A stretch of DNA of 54,307 nucleotides from Acidobacteriota bacterium. Lineage in GTDB: Bacteria; Actinomycetota; Acidimicrobiia; Acidimicrobiales; CADCSY01. The stretch covers positions 1 to 54,307 of the forward strand of contig JAEKLB010000023.1 in NCBI GenBank assembly GCA_019510095.1. The letters run 5' to 3'. The notes below the pieces were generated by a model. The model was not told the DNA's origin and searched no databases. It saw only the letters and a program-made list of their open reading frames with translations. The position numbers were made by a program, and so were the translations under genes. Shown piece after piece: positions 1-10,395 of the stretch (positions within the stretch are counted from its first letter, which is position 1; each line of letters opens with the position of its first letter).

Positions 1-124
1 GTCGGCCACCGCCACGTGGAACGGCGAGCCTGCCGTCGTGATCGTCCTCCGCAGCGGCGGCGCCGAGCACGCCGACGTCATGACGACGAGTACCTGCGAG
101 ATCGTCGAGTCGGTCGACCTCTAG
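1..124 (+). CDS. 3' end of a CDS, possibly an RsmA-like anti-sigma factor
   Basis: Frame 2 reads SATATWNGEPAVVIVL...TCEIVESVDL-TAG (stop 122-124). Position upstream of trxB matches the actinobacterial sigM-rsmA-trxB order (inference). Confidence 0.45.
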   Translation, partial: SATATWNGEPAVVIVLRSGGAEHADVMTTSTCEIVESVDL

Positions 125-450
125 CGAACCGACACCGGGCGCAACCGGGCGCCGGCGGTGACCGCGGCTAGGGCCACGCCAACCCACGCGGTTCCCCGAA
201 TCGGCTCGAGCCCCCGGCCCGAGTCGATCCAGGCGGCCCACACGATCGAGGCGGCGGCAAGGACGGCGACGGCAGCCGCCGGCGCCGCGCCCCGTTGGCG
301 GCCGACCGCCAGCGCGATCTCACCCAGCGCCAGCCCAACCCCGACACCGGCAGCGACCGCCGTGAAGAGGGTGAGCTGGTACTCCCCCAGGATCAACGCG
401 CTCAATGCGGCGGCCCCGGTGACCGCCACCAGGGCAAGGATGGCCCGCAC
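121..450 (-). CDS. Small hydrophobic membrane protein (about 4 TM)
   Basis: Ala/Val/Leu-rich ORF; TACCCT -10-like hexamer 7 nt before the GTG. Confidence 0.6.
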   Translation of the reverse strand: MRAILALVAVTGAAALSALILGEYQLTLFTAVAAGVGVGLALGEIALAVGRQRGAAPAAAVAVLAAASIVWAAWIDSGRGLEPIRGTAWVGVALAAVTAGARLRPVSVR

Positions 451-473
451 GGGGCCGAGGGTAGGCTCCGGGA

Positions 474-770
474 GTGGCAGGCACCGACTGGGCGGCCCAG
501 GCTGCCGACACCATCGACCGGGTCGTGCTCGCCGTGCGCGGGAAGACCACGGCGCCGCTCGAGCGACTCGCTCGCGTCCTGGTGTTCGGCCTGCTCGCCG
601 CCATCGTCGGCGTCGCCGCCTTGGTCCTCTTCGCCATCTTGTGGGTCCGGGCCCTCGACATCGTCATCCCCGGCGAGGTGTGGTCGGCCGACCTGGTGGC
701 CGGGGGAATCTTCACCGTGGCTGGGCTGTTCCTGTGGCGGAAGCGAACCGTCAAGACCGTCAAGCTGTAG
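474..770 (+). CDS. Small 2-TM membrane protein
   Basis: Two hydrophobic helices and a basic C-tail; TAGGCT -10 at 462-467. Confidence 0.7.
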   Translation: MAGTDWAAQAADTIDRVVLAVRGKTTAPLERLARVLVFGLLAAIVGVAALVLFAILWVRALDIVIPGEVWSADLVAGGIFTVAGLFLWRKRTVKTVKL

Positions 771-797
771 TTCCCGACGTTCACGACTGAGGAACCC

Positions 798-1796
798 GTG
801 CCCGATCCCCGCAACGTCATCATCCTCGGCTCCGGCCCGGCCGGGCTGACTGCCGCCATCTACTCGGCGCGCGCCAACCTGGCGCCGCTGGTCCTCGAGG
901 GCGAGCTGTCGTCCACCAGCGACCAGCCCGGCGGCCAGCTCATGCTCACCACCGAGGTCGAGAACTTCCCGGGCTTCGTCGACGGGATCCAGGGCCCCGA
1001 GCTCATGGCCAACTTCCGGGCCCAGGCCGCCCGGTTCGGCACCGAGTTCGTCCAGGAGCGGGCCACCAGGGTCGACATGTCCTCCCGGCCGTTCAAGGTC
1101 TGGACCGGCGACCCCTCGGCGCCGGAGCCCTCCTACACGGCCCATGCCGTGATCGTCGCCACCGGCGCCCGCTCGCTGATGCTCGACATCGAGGCCGAGC
1201 GCCGCCTGCTCGGCCACGGACTCTCGACCTGTGCCACCTGCGACGGGTTCTTCTTCCGCGGCCACGAGATCGCCGTGGTGGGCGGCGGCGACTCCGCCAT
1301 CGAGGAGGCCATCTTCCTCACCAAGTTCGCCGACCGGGTCACCATCGTGCACCGGCGGGGCGAGCTGCGGGCGTCGAAGATCATGCAGGAGCGGGCGTTC
1401 AAGAACGACAAGATCACCTTCCTCTGGCACCACACCGTCGACGACCTCGTCGGTGAGAAGAGCCTCGAGGGCGCCGTGGTCCGCGACGTCCGGACCGGGG
1501 AGACCCACGTGCTGCCGGTGACCGGCCTGTTCGTGGCCATCGGCCACCGGCCCAACTCCGACCTGTTCACCGATCTGCTCGACATGGACGAGGCCGGGTA
1601 CCTCAAGACCGTGCCCGGTCGCAGCCTCACCAACGTCGTCGGCGTCTTCGCCTGCGGCGACGTCCAGGACCACACCTACCGCCAGGCGATCACCGCTGCC
1701 GGGAGCGGCTGCATGGCTGCGATCGACGCCGAGCGCTGGCTCGAAGCGGTGGGCGACGCCCCCGAGACGATCAACGAGACGCCCACCGAATGGTGA
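798..1796 (+). CDS. trxB: Thioredoxin reductase
   Basis: GSGPAG, CATCDG, GGGDSA and [12 protein letters not shown] motifs. Confidence 0.98.
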   Translation: MPDPRNVIILGSGPAGLTAAIYSARANLAPLVLEGELSSTSDQPGGQLMLTTEVENFPGFVDGIQGPELMANFRAQAARFGTEFVQERATRVDMSSRPFKVWTGDPSAPEPSYTAHAVIVATGARSLMLDIEAERRLLGHGLSTCATCDGFFFRGHEIAVVGGGDSAIEEAIFLTKFADRVTIVHRRGELRASKIMQERAFKNDKITFLWHHTVDDLVGEKSLEGAVVRDVRTGETHVLPVTGLFVAIGHRPNSDLFTDLLDMDEAGYLKTVPGRSLTNVVGVFACGDVQDHTYRQAITAAGSGCMAAIDAERWLEAVGDAPETINETPTEW

Positions 1797-1831
1797 GCGG
1801 CCATCCTTCTGCATCACCCGAGAGGAGCCCC

Positions 1832-2155
1832 ATGGGAACGACCATCACGCTGACCGACGCCACCTTCGACGAGGAGGTCAAGGGCGCGAGCGAGGCCGTC
1901 GTCGTCGACTTCTGGGCCGAGTGGTGTGGGCCGTGCAAGCTCATCGCCCCCGTGCTCGACGAGATCGCCGCCGAGCAGGCCGGCAAGGTCCGCATCGCCA
2001 AGCTCAACGTCGACGAGAACCCCGAGCTGGCTCGCCGGTTCGACGTCATGAGCATCCCGACCCTGATCGTCTTCAAGGACGGCGAGGCCAAGAAGCGCCT
2101 CGTGGGCGCCAAGGGCAAGGGCCAACTGCTCGAAGAGCTGGCTGAGTTCCTGTAA
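1832..2155 (+). CDS. trxA: Thioredoxin
   Basis: WCGPC active site; GAGGAG RBS before ATG 1832. Confidence 0.97.
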   Translation: MGTTITLTDATFDEEVKGASEAVVVDFWAEWCGPCKLIAPVLDEIAAEQAGKVRIAKLNVDENPELARRFDVMSIPTLIVFKDGEAKKRLVGAKGKGQLLEELAEFL

Positions 2156-2192
2156 AAGGCCTGGTCAGACGTCGAACATCAGTTCGGCACCA

Positions 2193-2225
2193 GAATCCAC
2201 AGAATTGTCCACAGGGTGTGGGTGG
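2193..2225. promoter_or_regulatory. Satellite DnaA-box cluster between convergent trxA and parB
   Basis: GAATCCACA 2193-2201, perfect TTGTCCACA 2205-2213, inverted TGTGGGTGG 2217-2225. Confidence 0.65.
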
Positions 2226-2244
2226 AGTGAAGGGTGAGGCAGTC

Positions 2245-3138
2245 TCAACCCTCAGCTGAGGGTCGGGGCTCGGTCATCGCCCGGTAGATCCGCTCCAGGT
2301 CGTCGAGATCGGCAAAGGTGACGACGACCTTGCCGCCGCTCTTGGCGACCTCCTGGACCTTGACCCTCGTCGAGAGGTGCTCGGACAGGAGCTGCTCGAG
2401 CTCGTGCATGCCCGCCTGGCGGAGACGGGGCCCGCTCGACGGCTTCGGCTCGCTGGTCGGGTCGAGCTCGACCCGGGCCCGCACGGCGTCCTCGACCGCT
2501 CGGACCGAGAGGCTCTCCTTGACCGCCCGGGTCGCCAGTGCCTCCTGGAACGAGCGGTCGGGCGTGCCGAGCAACGCCCGGGCATGACCGCCGGACAGCG
2601 ACCCCTCCCCCACCAGCTTCTGGATCGACGGCGGCAGCTGGAACAGTCGCAGCATGTTGGTGACCGTCGCCCGGCTCTTGCCGACCCTGGTCGCGACCTG
2701 GTCGTGGGTGAGCGAGAAGTCCTCGATGAGCTGCTGGTAGGCGGCGGCCTCCTCCAGCGAGTTCAGGTCCTGGCGGTGGAAGTTCTCCACCACCGCCTGC
2801 TCCAGTGAGGCCTGGTTGTCGGCCGTCCTGACCAGCACCGGGATGGTCGTCAGCCCGGCCCGCTTGGCCGCCCGCCAGCGGCGCTCGCCGGCAATGAGCT
2901 CGTAGTCGCCGTCGGCGACCTCCCTGACCAGCACCGGCTGGAGGACGCCGAGCTCCCGGATGGAGGCGGAGAGGGAGCTCAGCGACTCCTCGTCGAAGTG
3001 GCGGCGAGGTTGGTGGGGGTTGGGGCGGATGCTGGCCACCGGGACGTCACGAAAGGCTGAGTCGGTGGCCGGTGCGCTGGGGGAGTCGGGGGGGATGAGC
3101 GCCCCGAGTCCCCTACCGAGCCCGCTGCGGCGTGCCAC
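2245..3138 (-). CDS. parB: Chromosome partitioning protein ParB
   Basis: GLGRGLGAL N-terminus, NPHQPR, GERRWRA, HTH region. Confidence 0.97.
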   Translation of the reverse strand: MARRSGLGRGLGALIPPDSPSAPATDSAFRDVPVASIRPNPHQPRRHFDEESLSSLSASIRELGVLQPVLVREVADGDYELIAGERRWRAAKRAGLTTIPVLVRTADNQASLEQAVVENFHRQDLNSLEEAAAYQQLIEDFSLTHDQVATRVGKSRATVTNMLRLFQLPPSIQKLVGEGSLSGGHARALLGTPDRSFQEALATRAVKESLSVRAVEDAVRARVELDPTSEPKPSSGPRLRQAGMHELEQLLSEHLSTRVKVQEVAKSGGKVVVTFADLDDLERIYRAMTEPRPSAEG

Positions 3139-4117
3139 CGCTCACCTCCTTGGCCAGCTCGCGATAGGCGATGGCGCCCCGCGAGGTCGGGTCGAACGCG
3201 ATGATGGGCTGCCCGAACGACGGCGCCTCGGACAGGCGAACCGTCCGGGGCACCACGTTCCGGCACACCTTGTCGCCGAAATGGGTCCTGACCTCGGCCA
3301 CCACCTGGTCGGAGAGCTTGGTCCTGGCGTCGTACATGACGCAGACGATGGCGCTGACCTCGAGCTGGGGGTTGAGGTTGCGCTGTACCAGGGCCACGTT
3401 CCGCAGCAGCTGGCCCAGGCCCTCGAGGGCGTAGTACTCGCACTGGATCGGCACGACCACCTCGGTGGCAGCGGCCAGGCCGTTCACCGTCAGGAGCCCC
3501 AGCGACGGGGGGCAGTCGATGAGGACGAAGTCGTAGTCGTCGGCCACGGCCTCCAACGCCCGCTTCAGTCGTAGCTCTCGACTGAAGGCCGGCACCAGCT
3601 CGATCTCGGCGCCGGCCAGATCGAGGCTGGCCGGGGCGACGAACAGGTTGCGCACCGACGACGGCTCGACGCAGTCCTCCAAGGGGACGTCGTTGAGGAT
3701 GACGTCGTACATCGACGACGTCAGGTTGCGAGGGTTGAGCCCGAGGCCGGTGGTGGCGTTGCCCTGGGGGTCGAGATCGCAGACCAGCACCCGGTAGCCC
3801 AGGTCAGCGAGGCAGGCACCCAGGTTGACGGCCGTGGTGGTCTTCCCGACGCCGCCCTTCTGGTTGGCCACCGCCATGATCCGGGGCAGGGGCCGGGCGA
3901 AGTGCGAGGGCGAGCGGGCTTCGTCGGGGATGGCGACCGGCTCCGGGGGAGCGGGGACGACCAACTCGTCGGCCGCCACCGTTGGCAACGGTCGAGCTTC
4001 GGTGGGCGCCGGGGGAGCGGGGGCCGCAGGGGGGGCAGGGGCGGCGGCCGCCTCGGCCTCGTCGGCCCGCAGCCGCTCGAAGATCGACGCTGCCGATTCC
4101 GGCGAACCCTCAACCAC
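3113..4117 (-). CDS. parA: Chromosome partitioning ATPase ParA with a Pro/Ala-rich N-extension (start uncertain)
   Basis: NQKGGVGKTT deviant Walker A, DLDPQGN, DCPPSLG; GTG 4117 chosen as the first plausible start downstream of parS. Confidence 0.93.
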   Translation of the reverse strand: MVEGSPESAASIFERLRADEAEAAAAPAPPAAPAPPAPTEARPLPTVAADELVVPAPPEPVAIPDEARSPSHFARPLPRIMAVANQKGGVGKTTTAVNLGACLADLGYRVLVCDLDPQGNATTGLGLNPRNLTSSMYDVILNDVPLEDCVEPSSVRNLFVAPASLDLAGAEIELVPAFSRELRLKRALEAVADDYDFVLIDCPPSLGLLTVNGLAAATEVVVPIQCEYYALEGLGQLLRNVALVQRNLNPQLEVSAIVCVMYDARTKLSDQVVAEVRTHFGDKVCRNVVPRTVRLSEAPSFGQPIIAFDPTSRGAIAYRELAKEVSGGTPQRAR

Positions 4118-4165
4118 GGGCGCGATACTGACCGCTTGGGCCCGGTTCCGCAAGGACTGTCCCGA

Positions 4166-4181
4166 TGTTTCCCGTGAAACG
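4166..4181. promoter_or_regulatory. parS site 1
   Basis: TGTTTCCCGTGAAACG versus consensus TGTTTCACGTGAAACA. Confidence 0.9.
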
Positions 4182-4214
4182 TCAGTCGAGGGTCGGCGCC
4201 GCCTGTCCCGGCGA

Positions 4215-4230
4215 TGTTTCCCGTGAAACG
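4215..4230. promoter_or_regulatory. parS site 2
   Basis: Identical TGTTTCCCGTGAAACG, 49 bp from site 1. Confidence 0.9.
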
Positions 4231-4239
4231 TCGAGCGGC

Positions 4240-4839
4240 CTACCAGAGCGGGCGCTTGGCCGGTACGCCGACCCGGCGGGGAAACCGGGAGGGGGTGGCC
4301 TCGACCTTGGCCAGGACCGCGAGTGCCGGGGGACCGGGGTGGATCACCGGCGGCGCAAACCCCAGCTCGGCCAGCGGGCCGGTCACCCACCGTCCGGGCT
4401 CCCCGCCCGGCGGCTCGGAGACCACCAGCCGACCGCCTGGCCGCACCCAACCGGCGGCGCACTCGGCCAGCACCGGTGGCGGCCCGAAGCCCCGGGCCGT
4501 CACGGCGTCGGCCAGCTCTCGCCGGTCAGCCGGGACGACCTCGGCCCGCCCGGCGTGCACCGCCACTCGGTCGCCCAGCCCGAGCTGTGCCACCGCCTCG
4601 ATCAGGAAGTCGGTCCGGCGCTGGCCACCGTCGACCAGCAACCAGGTCGTCGCCGGCAGGAGCACCGCCAGGACGAGGCCGGGCACGCCACCGCCGCTCC
4701 CGAGGTCGACGCAGACACCCGTCGCCGGAAGGGCGCCGGCGAAGGCCCGCGCATGGTCGATGTGGTCCTCGACCGGGCCCGGGCCGAGAAAGCCCAGGTG
4801 ACGAGCGGTTCCGAGGACATCCCGGACCGCTGACAGCAA
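4240..4839 (-). CDS. rsmG: 16S rRNA m7G527 methyltransferase
   Basis: DLGSGGGVPG SAM motif, GRAE, VTARGF; canonical position; TTG start uncertain. Confidence 0.92.
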   Translation of the reverse strand: MLSAVRDVLGTARHLGFLGPGPVEDHIDHARAFAGALPATGVCVDLGSGGGVPGLVLAVLLPATTWLLVDGGQRRTDFLIEAVAQLGLGDRVAVHAGRAEVVPADRRELADAVTARGFGPPPVLAECAAGWVRPGGRLVVSEPPGGEPGRWVTGPLAELGFAPPVIHPGPPALAVLAKVEATPSRFPRRVGVPAKRPLW

Positions 4840-4843
4840 GGGA

Positions 4844-5689
4844 TCAGGCGTCGGGGAGGATGACCACGCGGCGCCGCGGCTCTTCGCCTTCGGACGTGGT
4901 CCGGACGCCATCGATGGTGTTGGCGGTGTCGTGCACGACCTTGCGGTCGGCCGCCCCCATAGCCTCGAGGGCGGTGGCGTTCCCGCTGGCCAGCACCTGC
5001 TCGGCGACCGATCGGGTGAACTTCTCCAGCGCCTCCCGGCGGCGCTCGCGGTAGCCACCGACGTCGATGCGCAGGCGGGTCGACGAGCCATGGGCGACCG
5101 CGCTGCGGGCCAGCTCCTGCAGGGCAGTGAGCGTCGCCCCCTTCGGGCCGATCAGCAGGCCGACGTCGTCCCCGGTGACCAGGCCTTCCACGACCTCGTC
5201 GTCCAGCGTGGCGACCGCCACCTCACCCTCGATGTCGAAGGCATCGATGACGCCTTCCAGGAAGGTCCGCAGGCCGGCGGCCACGGTCGGCAGATCGGGC
5301 GCATCGTCCACGGTGTCTCCTTTGACGGCGGCAGGCGCCGGCGCCGTTGCTCGGGGCGCACGGGGCGCTCGCTTGGGCCTTGCCGGCGCCGGCGCCGAGG
5401 GGGATCCCTCATCGTCGGCACCATCGGCGGTGTCCTTCGGGCGGCGCTCAGCACGCTCGCCGGTCCGGTCGCTCCGACGCTTGCGATCCCGCCGTTCGAC
5501 CTTCGGCCGGGGCGTGGTCGGGCGCACCCGCGCCCGCACCCGCGCCTCCGAGCGCAGGCGGCCGAAAAGTCCGCTCCTGGGCTCCTCGAGGACCTCGAAC
5601 TCGGCATCCTGCTCGTCGACCCCGAGTTGATCGAGGGCCGCTTCCTTCGCTTCGTCGAGGGTTCGCCCCGTCGTTTCAACCCACTCCAT
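4844..5689 (-). CDS. jag: Jag/EloR/KhpB RNA-binding protein
   Basis: Jag_N domain, KH (LLIGPKGATL) and R3H (RKVVH) domains. Confidence 0.95.
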   Translation of the reverse strand: MEWVETTGRTLDEAKEAALDQLGVDEQDAEFEVLEEPRSGLFGRLRSEARVRARVRPTTPRPKVERRDRKRRSDRTGERAERRPKDTADGADDEGSPSAPAPARPKRAPRAPRATAPAPAAVKGDTVDDAPDLPTVAAGLRTFLEGVIDAFDIEGEVAVATLDDEVVEGLVTGDDVGLLIGPKGATLTALQELARSAVAHGSSTRLRIDVGGYRERRREALEKFTRSVAEQVLASGNATALEAMGAADRKVVHDTANTIDGVRTTSEGEEPRRRVVILPDA

Positions 5690-5694
5690 TGGTG

Positions 5695-6579
5695 CTACTT
5701 CCGCTTGCGCCGGCGATGTTGGGGCTGTCCGGCGGAGGTCACTCGGCCCGTCGAGTAGTTCGTGGTGCCCTTGGGTGTGGGCTTGGCCTTCCCGTTGGGG
5801 CTGGGAGGCGGCTTGATCGGCGGCGGCGTCTTGATGGGCGGGGCGTCACCGCCGTACTCCAGCTTGGTGACCACCGCCTGCTGGCCGACACGCATGGCGT
5901 TCGAGATGAGCATGTAGATCACCACGCCGGCCGGCATGGCGATGGCGAACGGCAACATGATGAACGGCATGATCTTGGTCATCATCTGCTGTTGAGGGTT
6001 GGTGATCGCCGAAGGGTTGCGGCCCTGGATCTGGCGCTGCTGGTACCACTGGGTGGCCACGACCAGCACCACCAGGACGAAGAACGGCAAGGCGGTGCCC
6101 AACCCGCGATCGGTGAGCTCCTGCGTCGCGCTCCGGGACAGGTCCATCCCGAACGACATCATCTTCTTGGTGTGGGACAGGGCCTGGTAGAGGTCCGACT
6201 GGTGGTCGAGATACGACGGGCGGAAGAAGCCGCTGGTGACGTCCTTGTGGCCGGTGAGGCCCCGCAAGATGCGGAAGAGCACGAAGAACACCGGCATCTG
6301 GAGCACCATCGGCAGGCACGACGCCATGGGATTGACGTTGTTGGCCTGGTAGAAGGCCATCATCTCCCGGTTGAGGGCTTCGCGGTCGCCCTTGTACTGC
6401 TGCTGCAGCCGCTTCATCTCCGGCTGGAGCCGCTGCATCCGGATCATCGATCGCGTGCTCTTGATCGACAGCGGCGTGGTGAACGCCATGATCGCCAGGG
6501 TGAACAGCACGATGGCCCCGCCGTACGACGGCCACAGCTTGTAGAAGAAGGCCAGGACACCGGCCAGCGCGTTGAACAT
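5695..6579 (-). CDS. yidC: Membrane protein insertase YidC
   Basis: MQRLQPE, NPMASCLPMVLQMP, PAGVVIY motifs. Confidence 0.95.
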   Translation of the reverse strand: MFNALAGVLAFFYKLWPSYGGAIVLFTLAIMAFTTPLSIKSTRSMIRMQRLQPEMKRLQQQYKGDREALNREMMAFYQANNVNPMASCLPMVLQMPVFFVLFRILRGLTGHKDVTSGFFRPSYLDHQSDLYQALSHTKKMMSFGMDLSRSATQELTDRGLGTALPFFVLVVLVVATQWYQQRQIQGRNPSAITNPQQQMMTKIMPFIMLPFAIAMPAGVVIYMLISNAMRVGQQAVVTKLEYGGDAPPIKTPPPIKPPPSPNGKAKPTPKGTTNYSTGRVTSAGQPQHRRRKRK

Positions 6580-6825
6580 CTACGCCATCCTCCGCTCGGG
6601 CACCGGGTCCCACCCCGACCGACCGAAGGGCCGGCATCGACCGAGGCGACGGAGAGTGAGCCAGCCACCACGGACTGCGCCGTGAGCGGCCACTGCCTCG
6701 AGCCCGTACTCCGAGCAGGTCGGGGCGAAGCGGCAGGGGGAGGGCTTGCCCGAGCGCACCAGCTGCCAGCCCCGGAACAGTCCGAGCAGCGCACGGGCGG
6801 GGGGGCTGGGGCGGCGGGCGCTCAT
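6580..6825 (-). CDS. yidD: Membrane protein insertion efficiency factor
   Basis: [10 protein letters not shown]...RCRPF..GWDPVP. Confidence 0.93.
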   Translation of the reverse strand: MSARRPSPPARALLGLFRGWQLVRSGKPSPCRFAPTCSEYGLEAVAAHGAVRGGWLTLRRLGRCRPFGRSGWDPVPERRMA

Positions 6826-7166
6826 GACCGCTCCGGCGCGGCCACGGCGTGTTCGATGGCGGTTCTCACGTGCTGTTCCAATGCTCGATGATCGATGGTG
6901 GCGACGGATGGCGACGCTCGCACCAGGTAGGCCCCCGCCGGCAACGTTTCCGACAGATCGGCGAAGATGGCACGAACCCGACGACGGGTGCGATTCCTGA
7001 CCACCGCGCCACCGACCTGGCGGTTGATGGCGCACGCCAACCGGGGCGGGCCGACGGGTGCGGGCAGCCAGGTGACCGACACCGAACCCGCTCGTCCCCG
7101 GCGACCGTGCCGGCGAAGCTCAGCGAAGGTCGATCGATCGCGGATGCGCCAGACCTCAGCGGCCAT
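6822..7166 (-). CDS. rnpA: RNase P protein component
   Basis: [10 protein letters not shown] (RNR motif); lies between rpmH and yidD. Confidence 0.92.
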   Translation of the reverse strand: MAAEVWRIRDRSTFAELRRHGRRGRAGSVSVTWLPAPVGPPRLACAINRQVGGAVVRNRTRRRVRAIFADLSETLPAGAYLVRASPSVATIDHRALEQHVRTAIEHAVAAPERS

Positions 7167-7180
7167 CACTCCCGCCGGCA

Positions 7181-7315
7181 CTACGCCGACAGGCGGTGGC
7201 GGCCCTTGCGGCGCCGGGCGGCCAGGATGGCCCGGCCGGCGCGAGTGGACATACGGTGCCTGAACCCGTGGTTCTTGGCCCGCTTGCGGTTGTTGGGCTG
7301 AAACGTGCGCTTCAC
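7181..7315 (-). CDS. rpmH: 50S ribosomal protein L34 (not in ORF track)
   Basis: Manual translation [44 protein letters not shown]. Confidence 0.97.
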   Translation of the reverse strand: MKRTFQPNNRKRAKNHGFRHRMSTRAGRAILAARRRKGRHRLSA

Positions 7316-7561
7316 GACGCGTCCCTCTCTGGACGGAAAATGCAACGACGTGGCGCGACGGAACCAGGGGTCGCAGCCGACGTCCCAGCGGCCAGGCTAG
7401 AGCCTGCGGGCGGCGCGCGGCAACCGGGGAAGATTCCTCCGAAAACCCTGGTACGAGCCCTTGCTTTCGGCGGGGACGCCGGTGGTACCGTGCGCCTTCG
7501 TTCACTCGCCGGCACGCGTCCACCGGGGGGAGCGGGCCGGCCTGAGGCCGGGAACCCGGCG

Positions 7562-7581
7562 TTTTCCACAGGTGTGGACGG
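7562..7581. promoter_or_regulatory. DnaA boxes in the dnaA promoter region
   Basis: TTTTCCACA 7562-7570 plus inverted TGTGGACGG 7573-7581. Confidence 0.75.
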
Positions 7582-7630
7582 GTTTGTGGGTTCTCTGGGC
7601 GGCAGGGTCGGTGGCAGGGAGTACGAGCGA

Positions 7631-9019
7631 GTGGTCGAGGCGGAAGAGCTGTGGAGCGCCTGCGCAGAGGCCTTGCGAGCCGACGTGCCGGAGTCGGTGT
7701 GGAACAGCTGCTTCCAGGCCGCGGTCGGGGTCTCGTTGGAGAAGGACCTGTTGGTCGTGGCCGTGCCCTCGACGCTGGTCAAGGAGCGGCTGGAGAGTCG
7801 CTGGCTCGCCCCGGTCACCAGCGCGCTGGCTGACCTCGGCCGGCCCGGCCTGACCGTGGCCCTCGAGGTCCGCACCGACCAGCACCAGGAGGACGAGCCC
7901 ACCGTCGCCGCCGCCGGCTTCGCCAGTGCCCCGGCGCCGGCGAATGGCCAAACCCAGCTGGCGCTGACCGAGACCCGGGCCGACGAGCCCCGCCCCCAGA
8001 CGCTGAACCCCCGATACACCTTCGACGCCTTCGTCACCGGTGCGTCGAACCGCTTCGCCCACGCGGCGGCGCTGGCAGTGGCCGAGACGCCGGCCCGGTC
8101 GTACAACCCGCTGTTCATCTACGGCGTCGCCGGCCTGGGCAAGACCCACCTCCTCCACGGCATCGCCCACTACGTGCAGGAGAACTATCCGGCGTACAAG
8201 GTCCGCTACGTCTCCACCGAGGCGTTCCTGAACGACTACGTCGACGGCATCCGTACCAACTCGATGACCGCGTTCAAGCGCAAGTACCGGGAGAACGACG
8301 TCCTCCTGGTCGACGACATCCAGTTCATGGAGGGCAAGGAGGGGCTCCAGGAGGAGTTCTTCCACACGTTCAACCAGCTCCACGGGGCCAACCGCCAGAT
8401 CGTCCTGTCGTCGGACCGGCCGCCCCGGGCCATCGCCACCCTGGAGGACCGCCTCCGCAGCAGGTTCGAGTGGGGCCTCATCACCGACATCCAGCCGCCC
8501 GACCTCGAGACCCGGCTCGCCATCGTGCGCAAGAAGGCCGAGCGCGAGCCGATCCCGCCGCCGGCCGAGGTGCTGGAGTTCATCGCGACCCACATCACGA
8601 ACAACATCCGCGAGCTCGAGGGCGCCCTCATCCGGGTCTCGGCCTTCGCCAGCCTCAACCGGGCACCGATGACCGCCGAGCTCGCCGCCCAGGTGCTGGG
8701 TGACATCCTCACCGACTCACAGCCCCGGGCGATCACCGCCGGCATCATCCTGGACGCCACGTCGAAGATGTTCGGGTTCCCCGTCGAGGAGCTCCAGGGC
8801 AAGAGCCGGCGCCGCCCGCTCGTCACCGCCCGGCAGGTCGGCATGTACGTCTGCCGCGAGCTGACCGACCTCAGCTACCCGGCCATCGCCCGTGAGTACG
8901 GCGGGCGTGATCACACCACGGTGATCCACGCCGTGGAGAAGATCGGTGCCCTCATGAAGGAGCGTCGGCAGATCTACGACCAGGTCACCGAGCTCATCCA
9001 GTCGATCCGCTCCGGGTGA
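7631..9019 (+). CDS. dnaA: Replication initiator DnaA
   Basis: [34 protein letters not shown]; GTG start inferred. Confidence 0.98.
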   Translation: MVEAEELWSACAEALRADVPESVWNSCFQAAVGVSLEKDLLVVAVPSTLVKERLESRWLAPVTSALADLGRPGLTVALEVRTDQHQEDEPTVAAAGFASAPAPANGQTQLALTETRADEPRPQTLNPRYTFDAFVTGASNRFAHAAALAVAETPARSYNPLFIYGVAGLGKTHLLHGIAHYVQENYPAYKVRYVSTEAFLNDYVDGIRTNSMTAFKRKYRENDVLLVDDIQFMEGKEGLQEEFFHTFNQLHGANRQIVLSSDRPPRAIATLEDRLRSRFEWGLITDIQPPDLETRLAIVRKKAEREPIPPPAEVLEFIATHITNNIRELEGALIRVSAFASLNRAPMTAELAAQVLGDILTDSQPRAITAGIILDATSKMFGFPVEELQGKSRRRPLVTARQVGMYVCRELTDLSYPAIAREYGGRDHTTVIHAVEKIGALMKERRQIYDQVTELIQSIRSG

Positions 9020-9299
9020 CTGACCAGGCACAGGTAGTCCCTGTGGATGACCACCGCGCGACGGACAACCTTGTGCAGAGCCCTGTGGATGACTTGTGGG
9101 TAGCGGCGCTGACCACACAGGATCGGAACGAAGGTCACCGTTCGTGTCACACCGCTGTGCGACGCTGGGGACAGAGGTCGGACAGTGAAAGTGACTCCCA
9201 GCAGCCACATCGCGGAGTTATCCACGATCCACAGGTCTTACTGTTGTCACTAGAGAGATCTCTCCTTAGTAAGAGCAATAACCGAGGACAGGAGCGACG
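9020..9299. other. Replication origin oriC
   Basis: dnaA-dnaN intergenic region. DnaA boxes TGTGGATGA at 9042 and 9084, TGTGGGTAG 9095, TTATCCACG 9218, CGATCCACA 9225. DnaA-trio-like TAG TGA CAA CAG TAA GAC on the lower strand (9235-9252), then an AT-richer tract. Confidence 0.92.
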
Positions 9300-10391
9300 G
9301 TGAAGTTCCGCTGTGAGCGTGACGTGCTCGTCGAGGCGTTGGGCACCGCGACTCGGGCCGTCGCGAGTCGCGGTGGCGCGCTGCCGGTGCTCTCGGGCGT
9401 CAAGGCCGAGCTGATCGGCAACCGGTTGGTGCTCTCCGGCAGCGATCTCGACCTGACCATCCAGGTCGGCGTCGAGGTCGCCGGTCAGGCCGACGGGGTG
9501 GCCGTGCTGCCGGCGCGGCTGACCGCCGACATCGTGCGGGCGCTCGAGCCGGGTGCGGTCCACATCGAGGTCGAGGGCGAGGAGGGGCGCATCTCGTCGG
9601 GCCGCTCGCAGTTCGCCGTTCGCCTGTTGCCGGCCGACGACTTCCCGCGGCTGGCCGAGTCGGCAGCCGACGAGGTGACCCTCGACGCCGCGGCACTGGC
9701 CGAGGCCCTGCGCCAGGTGGTGCGGGCCGCCAGCCACGACGATGCCCGACCGATCCTCACCGGCGTGCTCATGGCGGCCGAAGGCGATGGGCTGCGCCTG
9801 GTGGCGACCGACTCCTATCGCCTCGCCGTGCGTGATCTGCCGGGTGCCAGTGTCCTCCGTGAGGGCCAGGCGGTGCTGGTGCCTTCCAAGGCACTGGGCG
9901 AGCTCGGTCGGGTGTTGACGACCGGCACGGTCACGCTGCGGCTCGGTGAGCGCGACGCCACCTTCGTGGTGGGCGACACGCGCCTCACCACCCGCCTGAT
10001 CGAGGGCGAGTTCCCCAACTACCGCCAGCTCATCCCGTCGACGCATCCCAACCGGCTCACCGTCGGGCGGGAGCCGCTGCTCGACGCCCTGCGCCGGGTC
10101 AAGCTCCTGGCCCGGGAGGCCACGCCGGTGCGCATCACGCTCAAGGGCGAGGGCATCGAGCTCACCGCCATCACCCAGGACGTCGGTCAGGCGCACGAGG
10201 ACCTCGATGCCAAGTACGAGGGCACCGAGATGGTGATCGCCTTCAACCCGGAGTACCTCGCCGATGGCGTCGAGGCCGTCGAAGGTGACGAGGTCACCCT
10301 GGAGACGGTCGATGCCCTCAAGCCGGCGGTCGTTCGCTCGGTCGAGAGCCAGGACTACCTGTACCTGTTGATGCCCGTCCGGGTGTCGTGA
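9300..10391 (+). CDS. dnaN: DNA polymerase III beta clamp
   Basis: ATDSYRLA, EGEFPNY, AFNPEYL, YLLMPVR. Confidence 0.98.
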   Translation: MKFRCERDVLVEALGTATRAVASRGGALPVLSGVKAELIGNRLVLSGSDLDLTIQVGVEVAGQADGVAVLPARLTADIVRALEPGAVHIEVEGEEGRISSGRSQFAVRLLPADDFPRLAESAADEVTLDAAALAEALRQVVRAASHDDARPILTGVLMAAEGDGLRLVATDSYRLAVRDLPGASVLREGQAVLVPSKALGELGRVLTTGTVTLRLGERDATFVVGDTRLTTRLIEGEFPNYRQLIPSTHPNRLTVGREPLLDALRRVKLLAREATPVRITLKGEGIELTAITQDVGQAHEDLDAKYEGTEMVIAFNPEYLADGVEAVEGDEVTLETVDALKPAVVRSVESQDYLYLLMPVRVS

Positions 10392-10395
10392 CGGT

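Noticed and set aside
7196-7630. 145-aa N-extension of DnaA, and similar extensions of ParA, RsmG, PbpA, RodA and LarB in the ORF track
   Set aside because: They overlap neighbouring genes, parS or promoter elements; these are longest-ORF artefacts
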